From the NCBI GenBank assembly GCA_964537075.1, contig CAZIBB010000002.1:1-45763 (forward strand): a stretch of 45,763 bases of DNA, written 5' to 3'. The notes below the pieces were generated by a model. That model saw nothing but the letters and a program-made list of their open reading frames with translations, was not told the origin of the DNA and did no database searches. This stretch comes from an uncultured Bdellovibrionales bacterium (GTDB lineage Bacteria; Patescibacteriota; Minisyncoccia; Moranbacterales; UBA1568). The first letter of the stretch is position 1. The number at the start of each line of letters is the position of its first letter. The position numbers and the translations under genes are program-made. Positions 34,031 through 43,818 of this stretch are shown in pieces.

Positions 34031-34237
34031 AGTTTTTTATTACCTAGCGAGTGAGTGAAGCGAAAGTTCTTACTTTCGATTCCGAGCGAGTGACGGTAAC
34101 ACATGGTGAATACCATTTATTATTTTATAGAATCGGAACATTTAAAATTTTTGAGATCTCTCGCAGCACAGACTCTTTTCCCGAGTCGAGCAGGGAATGA
34201 TCGGTAAAAATTTATAAATGTTCCGGTTCTACCATTT

Positions 34238-34280
34238 CTACAGAAGCGGACGCACCGCTCCAAAAGCGGAACGACCGCTC
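34238..34280. repeat. hairpin module R, copy 2 (upstream of secY)
   Basis: ctacagaagcggacgcaccgctcc followed by AAAAGCGGAACGACCG (34262-34277, identical 16-mer to 32697-32712). It forms two tandem hairpins, agcgg-acgca-ccgct and agcgg-aacga-ccgct. Confidence 0.7.
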
Positions 34281-34297
34281 CCTTACTATCATAGCAG

Positions 34298-34323
34298 AAA
34301 AAAAGGCGGGAAGTTATTCCGCC
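34298..34323 (-). terminator. weak intrinsic-terminator-like hairpin at the rplO stop (GGCGG-loop-CCGCC plus T7)
   Basis: The minus strand reads ggcggaataacttcccgcc followed by ttttttt. The stem is only 5 bp and the stop codon lies in the loop. Confidence 0.4.
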
Positions 34324-34748
34324 ACCTTTCCTCCTTGTTTTTCGATGGCCTCCCTGGCACCAGCCGAACAAGTAATACCCTTGGAGAGTATCAGCGCTTT
34401 GGAAAGAATTCCCGTAGCGACGACCTTTACCCCTGCGCGTTTCGCATTCTTCGTCACCGCTCGCGAGAGAAGCAGCGCTTCAACGGTTACCGTCGCACCG
34501 GTTTCGAAATGCTTTTCAAGCAAGGCGAGCGTTACCGTCGCTTTCTTCACGACCGGTGATTTGAAACCACGGACTTTCTTCAGTCGTTCGGTCAACGTCG
34601 AACGACCACCCTCGAAAAGAGGATCCTTCTTTTTGCCGTGAGCGCCCTGTCCTTTGGTACCGCGACCGGAAGTCGTACCACGTTTTCCTCCTCGACCGAT
34701 CTTCTTCGATTTTTTTCGAGCCGAGCTCTTCAGTTCATGTGCTTGCAT
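34314..34748 (-). CDS. rplO: 50S ribosomal protein L15
   Basis: KKIGRGGKRGTTSGRGTKGQ; position after rpsE. Confidence 0.95.
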   Translation of the reverse strand: MQAHELKSSARKKSKKIGRGGKRGTTSGRGTKGQGAHGKKKDPLFEGGRSTLTERLKKVRGFKSPVVKKATVTLALLEKHFETGATVTVEALLLSRAVTKNAKRAGVKVVATGILSKALILSKGITCSAGAREAIEKQGGKVAE

Positions 34749-34757
34749 AGGTTTGTC

Positions 34758-35303
34758 TTACTTTACTTCAGAAACAAGAGTTGTCTTTTCTTCCGCTTTC
34801 TCCGCAACGACGACAGGTGCGATCACTTCCTTCGCCCGGGGAAGCTGCTTCAGAGCCTCTACCGTCACACGAGCCACGTTGAGGGGATTCGATGCGCCAA
34901 GCGACTTGGAAATAACATCACGAACTCCGAGGAGATCGACAACCGCACGCACGGCACCGCCGGCGATGAGACCCCGTCCTTCGGAGGCCGGTTTCAGGAG
35001 TACGCGGGCGGATCCGAGCTTAGCAGTAACATCATGAGCGATCGTTCCACCGGTCAAAGCAATTTCCACCATATTTTTCTTCGCCTCACTGTAAGCCTTC
35101 TGGATAGCGATGGAAACATCCGCTCCCTTCGCGACGCCGACACCGACTTTCCCTTTGCGGTTTCCGATGACGAGGGTCGCCCGGAAACGGAAACGACGCC
35201 CACCTTTCACCACGCGAGTCACGCGCGCCAAATTCAAAAGCTTCTGATCGAACTCAGGTTTCTCCCGTCTTGCTCCTCCTTTTCTTCCTTGCTGCTTGGC
35301 CAT
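34758..35303 (-). CDS. rpsE: 30S ribosomal protein S5
   Basis: LARVTRVVKGGRRFRFRATLVIGN...GVGVAKG. Confidence 0.95.
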   Translation of the reverse strand: MAKQQGRKGGARREKPEFDQKLLNLARVTRVVKGGRRFRFRATLVIGNRKGKVGVGVAKGADVSIAIQKAYSEAKKNMVEIALTGGTIAHDVTAKLGSARVLLKPASEGRGLIAGGAVRAVVDLLGVRDVISKSLGASNPLNVARVTVEALKQLPRAKEVIAPVVVAEKAEEKTTLVSEVK

Positions 35304-35317
35304 AACGATAGAGTAAA

Positions 35318-35692
35318 TTATATTAAGAGTCCGGCACCACGCGCACCATCACAAGCAGCCTTTACTTTCCCATGATAACGGTATCCTGCACGGTCAAACA
35401 CCGCTTCTTTGATACCAAGAGCCACACACTTAAGAGCAATCGCTTTTCCTACGGCTTCAGCTCCAACGACCGTATTTTTCTCTTTGATCTCGGCGATACT
35501 GCATGCGGCCAGAGTCTTTCCACTTTCATCATCGATCATCTGCGCGTAAAAAGCCTTGTTGCTCCGAAAAACAGAGAGTCTCGGACGAGTCGCGGTACCG
35601 GAAACCTTCGCCCGTATGCGGCGCTTTCGAATTTCCCGGAGAAGTGTTGTAGATTGCTTTCGTATCATATCCTTGTTCTTATGAGGGCTCAC
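35318..35692 (-). CDS. rplR: 50S ribosomal protein L18
   Basis: RRIRAKVSGTATRPRLSVFRSNKAFYAQ; conserved operon position. Confidence 0.95.
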   Translation of the reverse strand: MSPHKNKDMIRKQSTTLLREIRKRRIRAKVSGTATRPRLSVFRSNKAFYAQMIDDESGKTLAACSIAEIKEKNTVVGAEAVGKAIALKCVALGIKEAVFDRAGYRYHGKVKAACDGARGAGLLI

Positions 35693-35706
35693 TCGTTTGT
35701 AATATA

Positions 35707-36243
35707 TTAAGCGGAGGCTTTCTTTCCTTCCTTGCGACGGACGATCTCACCGACATATTTGAATCCCTTGCCCTTGTACGGCTCTACCGGTTTCAAATCG
35801 CGGATCTCGGCGATAAACTGACCGACCTTCTGCCGATCGATTCCGGAAATAGAAAGGATATTCCCTTCAATCTTCGCATCGATTCCTTCCGGGATAATCA
35901 TCTCAACCGGATGGGAGAATCCCAAGGCGAGATTGATTTTCCTCCCAGCGACGGCCATACGGAAACCGACACCATTGAGTTCCAACTGTTTCTGAAATCC
36001 CTTGGTCGTTCCTTCGATCATATTGGAAATCATCTTGGCGGTCGTCCCCCAGAGCGCGGATGCCAATTTGGACTGACCGACCTTTTCCACCAGAACCTCC
36101 TTCTCGGAAACGATCACTTTCACCTCATCACGATGCGCGAAAGAGAGCGTCCCCTTCGGACCCTTCACGGTGATGTTATTCGCATGAAGCGTCACTTCGG
36201 CGCCGTCTGCGATCACTACTGGTTTTTTTCCAATTCTACTCAT
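35707..36243 (-). CDS. rplF: 50S ribosomal protein L6
   Basis: MSRIGKKPVVI... The likely start is ATG 36243 (the track ORF begins at GTG 36252). Confidence 0.95.
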   Translation of the reverse strand: MSRIGKKPVVIADGAEVTLHANNITVKGPKGTLSFAHRDEVKVIVSEKEVLVEKVGQSKLASALWGTTAKMISNMIEGTTKGFQKQLELNGVGFRMAVAGRKINLALGFSHPVEMIIPEGIDAKIEGNILSISGIDRQKVGQFIAEIRDLKPVEPYKGKGFKYVGEIVRRKEGKKASA

Positions 36244-36265
36244 AAGACTCACGTATAACGTTCAG

Positions 36266-36673
36266 TTACCACACTTCACAAATAAGCTCGCCGCCGAGAC
36301 CCTGACGATAGGCGTTGACGCCGCTCATCACACCCTTGGAGGTCGAAACCACTGCCATTCCGAATCCATTCTTGACCTTCTTGATCTCGCCTTTCTTCAC
36401 ATAAACGCGGCAACCTTCCTTGCTCACGCGGCGGATTTCATGAATAGCTGGAGCCTTTTCCACGAGTGAAACCGGAATATATTTCAACCACAGGATAAGA
36501 TTCTCCTTGTTGTTCTCGAGAACCTCTTTTTCGGATCGGAGAATAAACCCTTCCTTTTCCAGGATACGGGCGATTTCTCGCTTCAGCTTCGAAGCAGGCA
36601 TCGACACAGAGTCGCGACCGGCGCGCTGAGCATTTCTTACTCTCGTTAACATGTCTGCTATTGGATCCAACAT
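36266..36673 (-). CDS. rpsH: 30S ribosomal protein S8
   Basis: DPIADMLTRVRNAQRAG. Confidence 0.95.
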   Translation of the reverse strand: MLDPIADMLTRVRNAQRAGRDSVSMPASKLKREIARILEKEGFILRSEKEVLENNKENLILWLKYIPVSLVEKAPAIHEIRRVSKEGCRVYVKKGEIKKVKNGFGMAVVSTSKGVMSGVNAYRQGLGGELICEVW

Positions 36674-36720
36674 ACTTTATAGAAAAAATTCTTTAGAGAG
36701 GCTCTTTACACTTTAATCAT

Positions 36721-36906
36721 TTACCATGAGGCCTTCTTCACTCCCGGGATCTCACCTTTCGAGGCGAGCTCTCGGAAACAGATGCGGCAGAGGTCAAACT
36801 TTCTCATATATCCCCGTTTCCGACCGCATTTCCAGCATCGGTGAACAATCCGAGAACTAAATTTCGGAGTCTTCAGGGATCTTGCCATGGTTGAAATTTT
36901 TGACAT
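36721..36906 (-). CDS. rpsN: 30S ribosomal protein S14, type Z (zinc-binding)
   Basis: 61 aa, with [23 protein letters not shown] (two CxxC motifs). Confidence 0.95.
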   Translation of the reverse strand: MSKISTMARSLKTPKFSSRIVHRCWKCGRKRGYMRKFDLCRICFRELASKGEIPGVKKASW

Positions 36907-36938
36907 ACGAGCTATCAGTTATATTATCTTTTAGGCTT

Positions 36939-37499
36939 CTAGTTTTCCTTGTCGTCTTTTCTGATCGGAACTCCTATCTTTCGAAAGAGTACCGTCGCCT
37001 CTTCTTTCGTCTGTGCCGTACTCACGATCGTTATCTGGAGACCGAAGATCGCCTGAACTTTCTCCTGCACGATTTCCGGAAAAATCATGTGCTCCCGAAG
37101 GCCGATATTGCAATTTCCCCCCTGGTCGACGATGGTCGTTTTCAATCCCTGAAAATCGCGAATACGGGGAAGCGTCGCATTGAGCAGCCGATCAAGGAAT
37201 TGCCACATGCGCTTCCCACGAAGCGTCACCTTCACACCGACCTCCTGGCCTTCGCGAAGCTTGAAACCGGCGATGGACTTTTTCGACTTGGTCTGAACCG
37301 GCTTCTGTCCGGTAACCAAGGTGATCGTATCAACAATCTCGTCGACTTTCTTTCCGTCTTTCAGGAATTTCCCCGTACCAACGTTCACAATCACTTTCTT
37401 GATCGTCGGAATGGCCATGACATTACCGTACTTGAACTCCTTCTGGAGCTCAGGCACCGCATCTTTCCTATATTTCATTTGGGTAAATCCTTGTTTCAT
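36939..37499 (-). CDS. rplE: 50S ribosomal protein L5
   Basis: NVMAIPTIKKVIVNVGTG and conserved operon position. The start could instead be the internal MKYRKD. Confidence 0.93.
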   Translation of the reverse strand: MKQGFTQMKYRKDAVPELQKEFKYGNVMAIPTIKKVIVNVGTGKFLKDGKKVDEIVDTITLVTGQKPVQTKSKKSIAGFKLREGQEVGVKVTLRGKRMWQFLDRLLNATLPRIRDFQGLKTTIVDQGGNCNIGLREHMIFPEIVQEKVQAIFGLQITIVSTAQTKEEATVLFRKIGVPIRKDDKEN

Positions 37500-37516
37500 A
37501 TTCTCCTCAGAATCAT

Positions 37517-37825
37517 TTAAACGATTGCTTTTCCTGAACGCTTGGCAAAACGTACCTTTTCGCCGCCTTCGGTACGATACCCCACGCGCGTCGGCTTATT
37601 CGTCTCCGGGCAGAGAAGCATCACGTTTGAAATATGAATCGATGCTTCCATTTCCACGCGCTCCCCTTTCTCGCCCTCACGACGGGCTTTGCGATGACGC
37701 TTGACGATGTTCGCACCCTTCACCAGCACGCGCTCCGAAGCAGGGAGTACCTGGAGAATGACTCCTCGCTTCCCTTTATCCTTGCCAGCTATAATTTCTA
37801 CCTGATCTCCTTTGTGGATTTTCAT
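37517..37825 (-). CDS. rplX: 50S ribosomal protein L24
   Basis: MKIHKGDQVEIIAGKDKGKRG (KOW motif). Confidence 0.95.
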   Translation of the reverse strand: MKIHKGDQVEIIAGKDKGKRGVILQVLPASERVLVKGANIVKRHRKARREGEKGERVEMEASIHISNVMLLCPETNKPTRVGYRTEGGEKVRFAKRSGKAIV

Positions 37826-37919
37826 AATCTTGAACTTTCGACAAACAACTTACAACTGACGACAAAACTCTTTTTTTTCTTGTAGTAGGTCGCTAGTCGT
37901 TTATCGTTAGTTATATTTC

Positions 37920-38285
37920 TTACAATACTTCCGGTGCGAGGGAGGCGATCTTCGCAAAACCCTTCTCACGGACTTCTCTCGCTATCGGCCCGAAGATTCG
38001 GGTGCCCTTCGGTTCTTTTCCTTCGACGATCACCGCTGCATTCTCATCAAATCGGATATAAGTATTGTCTTTGCGGCGATGTTCGTTTCTCTGTCGGACG
38101 ATGACGGCACGGACCTTGTCTCCCTTCTTCACGATCCCTCTCGGTTCCGCCTGCTTCACCGAGGCGACGATGATGTCACCCAAAGCCGCATAGCGGCGGC
38201 GAGTTCCCCCAAGTATCTTAAAACACTTGATGATTTTCGCACCGCTGTTATCAGCTACTTTCAATACGGATTCCGCTTGTATCAT
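37920..38285 (-). CDS. rplN: 50S ribosomal protein L14
   Basis: [17 protein letters not shown]. Confidence 0.96.
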   Translation of the reverse strand: MIQAESVLKVADNSGAKIIKCFKILGGTRRRYAALGDIIVASVKQAEPRGIVKKGDKVRAVIVRQRNEHRRKDNTYIRFDENAAVIVEGKEPKGTRIFGPIAREVREKGFAKIASLAPEVL

Positions 38286-38289
38286 ACTC

Positions 38290-38574
38290 TTATGCCTTCT
38301 TTATGATTTCTGATAATTGATACTTTTTGGTCTTACTCATCGGTTTACAGGACTGAAACATCACCACATCATTCTTCTTCGCCTCATTTTCCGGATTGTG
38401 CACGTGATATTTCTTGGTTGAGCGGTACTGCTTGCCATACAACGGATGTGTCTTCAGCGTTTCCACAGCGACAACAATCGTTTTGTCCATAGAAGAACTT
38501 ACCACCGTCCCCTTCCACTTCGGCGAGGATTTGGCTGTTTTCACTGCTTCTTTTGCTGATGTAACTTGTTTCAT
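38290..38574 (-). CDS. rpsQ: 30S ribosomal protein S17
   Basis: [28 protein letters not shown]. Confidence 0.93.
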   Translation of the reverse strand: MKQVTSAKEAVKTAKSSPKWKGTVVSSSMDKTIVVAVETLKTHPLYGKQYRSTKKYHVHNPENEAKKNDVVMFQSCKPMSKTKKYQLSEIIKKA

Positions 38575-38682
38575 ATCGTTATATATACCGCACCTTATGA
38601 AATAATATCACTTCTTTCTCGAATACTTTTCTTCTTTACGCTTTCATAACGTGCGGCACAGAGATTCAATTATCTTTCAGTC

Positions 38683-38892
38683 CTATGCGGCTACCATTCC
38701 TTCTTCGCGATCACGCTCGGAAAGGATAGTCTTGATTCTCGCGACGTCGCGCTTGAGGACGCCGTATCCGTGATGTTTTTTCTCCTCGTGAGCCATCAGA
38801 CGGAAACGAAGTTCGCGAAGCGAGTCCTCACAGAGTGAGAGCTCTTTCCCGAGTTCTACCGTAGTTTTTTCCCGCCATTCGGTTGCTTTCAT
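38683..38892 (-). CDS. rpmC: 50S ribosomal protein L29
   Basis: 69 aa; LRELRFRLM-type helix pair; conserved operon position. Confidence 0.9.
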   Translation of the reverse strand: MKATEWREKTTVELGKELSLCEDSLRELRFRLMAHEEKKHHGYGVLKRDVARIKTILSERDREEGMVAA

Positions 38893-38953
38893 AATCGTTT
38901 TCTTATTCTCTGATCTGGTATCTAATATCCAGTATCTAATATCTCATCTCTGC

Positions 38954-39364
38954 CTAGTGCCTCTCGACGAACTTGGTTTTCAGCGACAGCTTATGCGAGG
39001 CGAGTCTCATCGCTTCCGTCGCCTGTTCTTTCGTCACGCCGTCGAGTTCGAACAGTATCTTTCCGGCGGCGATCTTCGCGACGAAATGATCGACGCTTCC
39101 CTTTCCCTTTCCCATCGGCGTCTGTTCACCCTTCTTCGTGACTGGCATATCGGGGAAAATCCTGATCCACACCTTGCCTCCGCGCTGGATATAGCGGGTC
39201 ATCGCACGGCGAGCGGCCTCAATCTGACGAGCAGAAATGATGCCGGCTTCCATCGCCTTCAGTCCGAAACTTCCGAACGAAACGGCGATACCGCGGGTGG
39301 CCGGGCCTTTCGGCATCCCTCCCCGCTGGTGCTTTCGATGTTTTACTTTTCGTGGCATTAACAT
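38954..39364 (-). CDS. rplP: 50S ribosomal protein L16
   Basis: [13 protein letters not shown]...[13 protein letters not shown]. Confidence 0.96.
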   Translation of the reverse strand: MLMPRKVKHRKHQRGGMPKGPATRGIAVSFGSFGLKAMEAGIISARQIEAARRAMTRYIQRGGKVWIRIFPDMPVTKKGEQTPMGKGKGSVDHFVAKIAAGKILFELDGVTKEQATEAMRLASHKLSLKTKFVERH

Positions 39365-39376
39365 AAGCGTGGTCGA

Positions 39377-40060
39377 CTATTTCTTTTCTTCAGTTATCGT
39401 CTCTTTCTTTTCTTTGATGACGAATTTCTCTCCCTTATACACCCATACTTTCACACCGATCACCCCATAAGTCGTATTCGCATTGTATCTCGCGAAATCG
39501 ATATCGGCGCGGAGCGTATGGAGAGGGATCTTTCCCTGAGCCTGCCATTCACGTCGAGACATTTCCGCTCCTCCCAATCGTCCTGATACCTCGATCTTCA
39601 CTCCTTCTACCGCCTGATTCGCACGGACCTGTTCGATCATGGTCTTCAGGATTCTCCGGAAGGGCATACGCTTCTCGATCTGCTCGGCCACCTGCTGAGC
39701 GATGAGCATCGCATTCTCCTCAAAGCGTTTCACTTCTTCGACGCTGACCTTGAGATCGAGCTTTCGCCCCGGGAAAAATCTCTGTCGGATCACACGGGTC
39801 AGATCCTCGATCCCCGTACCACCACGACCGATGAGTACGCCGGGCCGTGAGGTCAGGATCGACAAGCGCACGACTCCCGATGACCGTTCGATCAGGACAT
39901 CGGCGATAGCGGCCGCCTTCCATTTCTTGAAGACGAATTCGCGGATCTCGATATCCTCACGAAGATTTTTCTGATATTCTTTTTTCCCACCGAACCAGCG
40001 AGACTTCCATTCGGTAACGATACCGAGACGGAGTCCAATGGCGTTATATTTATGACCCAT
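39377..40060 (-). CDS. rpsC: 30S ribosomal protein S3
   Basis: MGHKYNAIGLRLGIVTEWKSRWF, with a KH domain. Confidence 0.96.
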   Translation of the reverse strand: MGHKYNAIGLRLGIVTEWKSRWFGGKKEYQKNLREDIEIREFVFKKWKAAAIADVLIERSSGVVRLSILTSRPGVLIGRGGTGIEDLTRVIRQRFFPGRKLDLKVSVEEVKRFEENAMLIAQQVAEQIEKRMPFRRILKTMIEQVRANQAVEGVKIEVSGRLGGAEMSRREWQAQGKIPLHTLRADIDFARYNANTTYGVIGVKVWVYKGEKFVIKEKKETITEEKK

Positions 40061-40086
40061 AGGATCTCTTTCTCAATTGCTGATAA

Positions 40087-40539
40087 TTATGCGGCCTTCT
40101 TCTCGGTCTTCTTTACCTTCTTCTTTGTTTTGTCTTTTGGGGAGGGAGTCTTTTCTTTCTTTTCACCCTTCGATTTCTTCACTTCCTTTACCACTGATTT
40201 TATATCTTCCCGACTCTCTAACACCAGGAATATTTTTGAGCTCCGTTTGATAATGGCTCCGGCTCGTCCGAAAGCCTTCGGCTTCCATCGTTTCAGTTTC
40301 GGCCCCTCACCCACTTCCGCAGTTTTGATGAACAATGTTTGACGATCGAGACCGAAATTATTTTCGGCATTCGCGATCGCACTTTTGAGAAGCACAAGCA
40401 TCGGAAGCGAGGTGCGTTTGGTCTGCTTGGCGAGTTGCACAAGAGCAACATCTACCGGCATCCCGATCACTGACCCGACTACCAGCCGGCTCTTTCTCGG
40501 AGCGATACGTAAGTTTTTGAGGGTTGCTTCCACTTTCAT
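40087..40539 (-). CDS. rplV: 50S ribosomal protein L22 (with a Lys-rich C-terminal extension)
   Basis: LKNLRIAPRKSRLVV. The tail reads KKSKGEKKEKTPSPKDKTKKKVKKTEKKAA. Confidence 0.94.
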   Translation of the reverse strand: MKVEATLKNLRIAPRKSRLVVGSVIGMPVDVALVQLAKQTKRTSLPMLVLLKSAIANAENNFGLDRQTLFIKTAEVGEGPKLKRWKPKAFGRAGAIIKRSSKIFLVLESREDIKSVVKEVKKSKGEKKEKTPSPKDKTKKKVKKTEKKAA

Positions 40540-40599
40540 AAGGGCATTTTGCGTTATTATCTCTTTTCTTCCTTGCTTCGTATTCGGTATCTGGCATTT

Positions 40600-40941
40600 T
40601 TATTTCTTCGCTGTATCCGAGACTTTCGCGGCTTTCGCGGCATCAAGCTCTCTTTGCTTGGCAGCGATTTCAATTTCCTTCTGCATCTTTCCTCCGTGGC
40701 GGACGAACTTTCGGGTCGGAGAGAACTCTCCGAGTCGATGTCCAACCATCTCTTCGGTCGTAAAGACGTTGATAAAGTCCTTGCCATTGTGAACACCAAA
40801 CGTAAATCCTACCATTTCTGGAGAGATGACACAAGCCCGAGACCAGGTCTTGATAGCACCTTTGTCCCCTGGTTTGCGACCTTCGAGCTTTTTCAGCACG
40901 CGAGGGTCGATGTATGGTCCTTTCTTTAAACTTCGTGACAT
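40600..40941 (-). CDS. rpsS: 30S ribosomal protein S19 (C-terminally extended)
   Basis: [12 protein letters not shown]...[13 protein letters not shown]. Confidence 0.96.
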   Translation of the reverse strand: MSRSLKKGPYIDPRVLKKLEGRKPGDKGAIKTWSRACVISPEMVGFTFGVHNGKDFINVFTTEEMVGHRLGEFSPTRKFVRHGGKMQKEIEIAAKQRELDAAKAAKVSDTAKK

Positions 40942-40970
40942 AGTGTAATGTTATTTGACTGACTCTAACT

Positions 40971-41798
40971 CTAACGCTTGATTCGTCGCTTGAGGATATA
41001 CTTGCTGCTCTGTTTCTTCGATCGTCTCGTTTTCTTTCCGAGTGCCGGCTTGCCCCATGGGGTCTTCGGATGCATACCGATCGGCTGCCTTCCTTCTCCA
41101 CCACCATGAGGGTGATCGACCGGGTTCATCGCGGAACCACGGACCGTCGGCCGACGTCCCAACCAACGGGCGCGTCCGGCCTTGCCGATACGCTCGGCGG
41201 AATGCTCGAAATTACTCACCTGACCGATCGTCGCAGAGCACTCCATATTCACGAGTCGAACCTCGCTTGAAGCAAGCTTAAGCTGGGCATACTTTCCCTC
41301 AGCAGCCATAATCGTCGCGCCGCTTCCGGCGCTCCGAACCATCTGACCGCCTTTCCCGATCTTGATCTCGATATTGGAAATAACCGTTCCGACGGGGATA
41401 TTCTTCAACGGAAGACGATTCCCGATCTCGATCGGAGAATTCGCGCCCGAGAGAATCATCTGCCCGACTTTCATTCCTTCCGTCGCCAGCACATAGCGCT
41501 TCTCTCCATCGACATAGTGGACGAGGGCGATCAATGCGGAACGATTCGGATCCTTTTCGATCGCGGCAATCTTCCCTGGAATATCGAATTTGTCCATCTT
41601 GAAATCGACGAGGCGATACATCCGCTTGTGCCCACCACCCTTGTGACGAACAGAAATCTTTCCATGCGAACGTCCACCCTTCTTTCCGAGCGGGGCGAGG
41701 AGAGATTTCTCCGGTTTGCGATCGGTCAACATGTCCGGCTTGACGATGGACATGTTGCGACGAGCCGCATTATTTTTTCGATAGATCTTGATTGCCAT
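40971..41798 (-). CDS. rplB: 50S ribosomal protein L2
   Basis: GRNNxGxIT-like region, and [19 protein letters not shown]. Confidence 0.97.
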   Translation of the reverse strand: MAIKIYRKNNAARRNMSIVKPDMLTDRKPEKSLLAPLGKKGGRSHGKISVRHKGGGHKRMYRLVDFKMDKFDIPGKIAAIEKDPNRSALIALVHYVDGEKRYVLATEGMKVGQMILSGANSPIEIGNRLPLKNIPVGTVISNIEIKIGKGGQMVRSAGSGATIMAAEGKYAQLKLASSEVRLVNMECSATIGQVSNFEHSAERIGKAGRARWLGRRPTVRGSAMNPVDHPHGGGEGRQPIGMHPKTPWGKPALGKKTRRSKKQSSKYILKRRIKR

Positions 41799-41844
41799 AT
41801 GAGGTCGATACTGATTCGTTTATGCTGCGATACTTGAGAGCCTG

Positions 41845-42009
41845 TCTGAAATCTCATGTCTCGAGAAAATATTCAGATTTCGAGCGAAAACCTTGAGAAG
41901 TGAGGAGACATATCATGATACGCCGACGAGCTTCGAGGGGTTTACAGCCGAAATCTGGATATTTTATGAGACAAGCATAGTTTTTTTATTATACAGCGGT
42001 GAGATTTTA
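41845..42009 (-). repeat. structured roughly 165-nt element B (homolog of element A) occupying the rplW-rplB spacer
   Basis: Five blocks are shared with element A, in the same order on the minus strand: AAATCTCACCGC (42007-41996), CTCGTCGG (41930-41923), CTCCTCACTT (41907-41898), TTTTCGCTC (41890-41882), GACATGAGATTT (41860-41849). Inter-block distances are 77/23/17/30 nt, against 85/23/17/31 nt in A. Confidence 0.7.
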
Positions 42010-42360
42010 AGACTGGCTCCGAAACATTTCGATGGTTTCACCTTTTCTGAGTTTAACGATCGCTTTCTTTACCTTGGCCTGCATACCGATCGTCCGTCCG
42101 AAAGCGCGCTTGCGCGAAGGAACCGTGATCGTATGGACTGCCTCCACATGCACGCCGTAGATTTCCTCGACCGAACGCTTCACCTCACTCTTCGTCGCCG
42201 TCAAACCGATACGGAATGTGTATTCGCCGCGCTCAGAGAGAACAAATGATTTTTCCGTAATGCGGGGAGCGAGCAAAACTTTGTTCGCCAAAGCAATACC
42301 GAAAGAAGTCTTCTCCCTCTTTGCATCCTTTTTCACATCTTTTTTCTCAAATAATGCCAT
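42007..42360 (-). CDS. rplW: 50S ribosomal protein L23 (N-terminally extended)
   Basis: LLAPRITEKS...TFRIGLTATKSEVKRSVEEIYGVHV. Confidence 0.93.
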   Translation of the reverse strand: MALFEKKDVKKDAKREKTSFGIALANKVLLAPRITEKSFVLSERGEYTFRIGLTATKSEVKRSVEEIYGVHVEAVHTITVPSRKRAFGRTIGMQAKVKKAIVKLRKGETIEMFRSQS

Positions 42361-42372
42361 AGTCGTATAGTT

Positions 42373-43077
42373 TTATGCCTTGGTTTCTCTGACTTTCTTC
42401 TTCGTCTTTTCGATATTGGCTTCTTTCACAGTATCTTTCTCCGTCCATTCTTTGAAACGCACTTCAAGTTCCTTCACACTTTCCTGTGACATCACGATAT
42501 ACTGTGAATTCAGGAGATCGAAAACACTCAGATTCACTACAGGCATATTCTCCACGCGATCGAGGTTCCGTGCAGCCAGACGGGATCCGGATTCACGATT
42601 TGAGAAAGCCATCACGATAGTCTTCCCCATGCAGCCGAAAGCGGAGAGAGCCTGACTGTAAAACTTCGTTTTCTGCTCCTTCAGAATAAGAGAGTCAACG
42701 ACAATCAGCATTCCACGACGAACCTTCTCGGACAGAACGATGAGAGCGGCCTTCTGGCGCATCTTGCGATTCACCTTGGTCGAGAAATTCCGATCATTGC
42801 GAGGCCCGTGTACCACACCACCTTTTTTCCACAGTGGCGTCCGACGCGACCCGACGCGTGCGCGACCGGTACCCTTCTGATTCCATGGCTTCATGCCGGA
42901 TCCACGGCGATCACCACGATTCTTCGTATGAGCAATCGGCTCACGAAGATTATTGGAAAGCGACACATATACCTGATGCACGAGAGCATCATTCATCGGC
43001 ATATCAAAAAGGATCGGGTTCAGATCGAGACTTCCGACTTCTTTTCCTTCCAGGTTTTTGACAGCGATCTGAGTCAT
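42373..43077 (-). CDS. rplD: 50S ribosomal protein L4
   Basis: HTKNRGDRRGSGMKPWNQKGTGRARVGSRRTPLWKKGG. The likely start is MTQIAVKN at 43077 (the track ORF extends to 43116 and overlaps rplC). Confidence 0.95.
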   Translation of the reverse strand: MTQIAVKNLEGKEVGSLDLNPILFDMPMNDALVHQVYVSLSNNLREPIAHTKNRGDRRGSGMKPWNQKGTGRARVGSRRTPLWKKGGVVHGPRNDRNFSTKVNRKMRQKAALIVLSEKVRRGMLIVVDSLILKEQKTKFYSQALSAFGCMGKTIVMAFSNRESGSRLAARNLDRVENMPVVNLSVFDLLNSQYIVMSQESVKELEVRFKEWTEKDTVKEANIEKTKKKVRETKA

Positions 43078-43106
43078 ATCGTTCTTCTCTTCTCGGATAA
43101 TCGAAA

Positions 43107-43670
43107 TTATTTGCACTTCACGCAGAGCATGCGTCCGACGACACCCGGCACCGCCCCGCGGACACCGATGAGTCCTTTCTCCATATCGACGAGCACCACC
43201 TGCAAATTCTGGACGGTGAAATTATCCCCACCCATACGTCCAGCCATACGCTTCCCCTTGAAAACGTGCTGCGGATCGGTCGCTCCGATAGAACCGGCTT
43301 TGCGAAGATCGTGTTTGCGACCATGAGTCGTCGGGGATCCCTTGAATCCATGACGCTTCACGACACCCTGAAAGCCCTTGGCCTTCGTCACACCCGTCAC
43401 ATTGACGAGGTCGCCAATCACGAACTGATCGACATTCATCTTGGTCCCAGGAGCGAGTTCTATCACCTCTTCAAAACGGAATTCTCTTTTGAAATTTTTC
43501 TTGGCATTTTTTTTCGTCTCGATCTGAAGAGCGGCATATCCATCACGCTCGGCATTGCGTACCAAAGAAACCGTATTCTCGCCGCAATCGATCAGAGTAA
43601 TATTCAAGGCGCCACGATTTTCATCATGGAGAGTCGTCATGCCCAGTTTTTTTCCGATAATACACTTCAT
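43107..43670 (-). CDS. rplC: 50S ribosomal protein L3
   Basis: IGKKLGMTTL...KGFQGVVKRHGF. Confidence 0.95.
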   Translation of the reverse strand: MKCIIGKKLGMTTLHDENRGALNITLIDCGENTVSLVRNAERDGYAALQIETKKNAKKNFKREFRFEEVIELAPGTKMNVDQFVIGDLVNVTGVTKAKGFQGVVKRHGFKGSPTTHGRKHDLRKAGSIGATDPQHVFKGKRMAGRMGGDNFTVQNLQVVLVDMEKGLIGVRGAVPGVVGRMLCVKCK

Positions 43671-43818
43671 ACGATTCCATTAAACTTCTAACAAAAAACT
43701 GGTCGCGAGCGCCAGCCATTCAAAGGAAAATCTTCCTTTCTGGCTCGCTCAGTATCCCCTCTCCACATCACCACCTGAATTGAGTGAGGACTTTAACGAG
43801 TTCTTTATTCTTTTTTGG

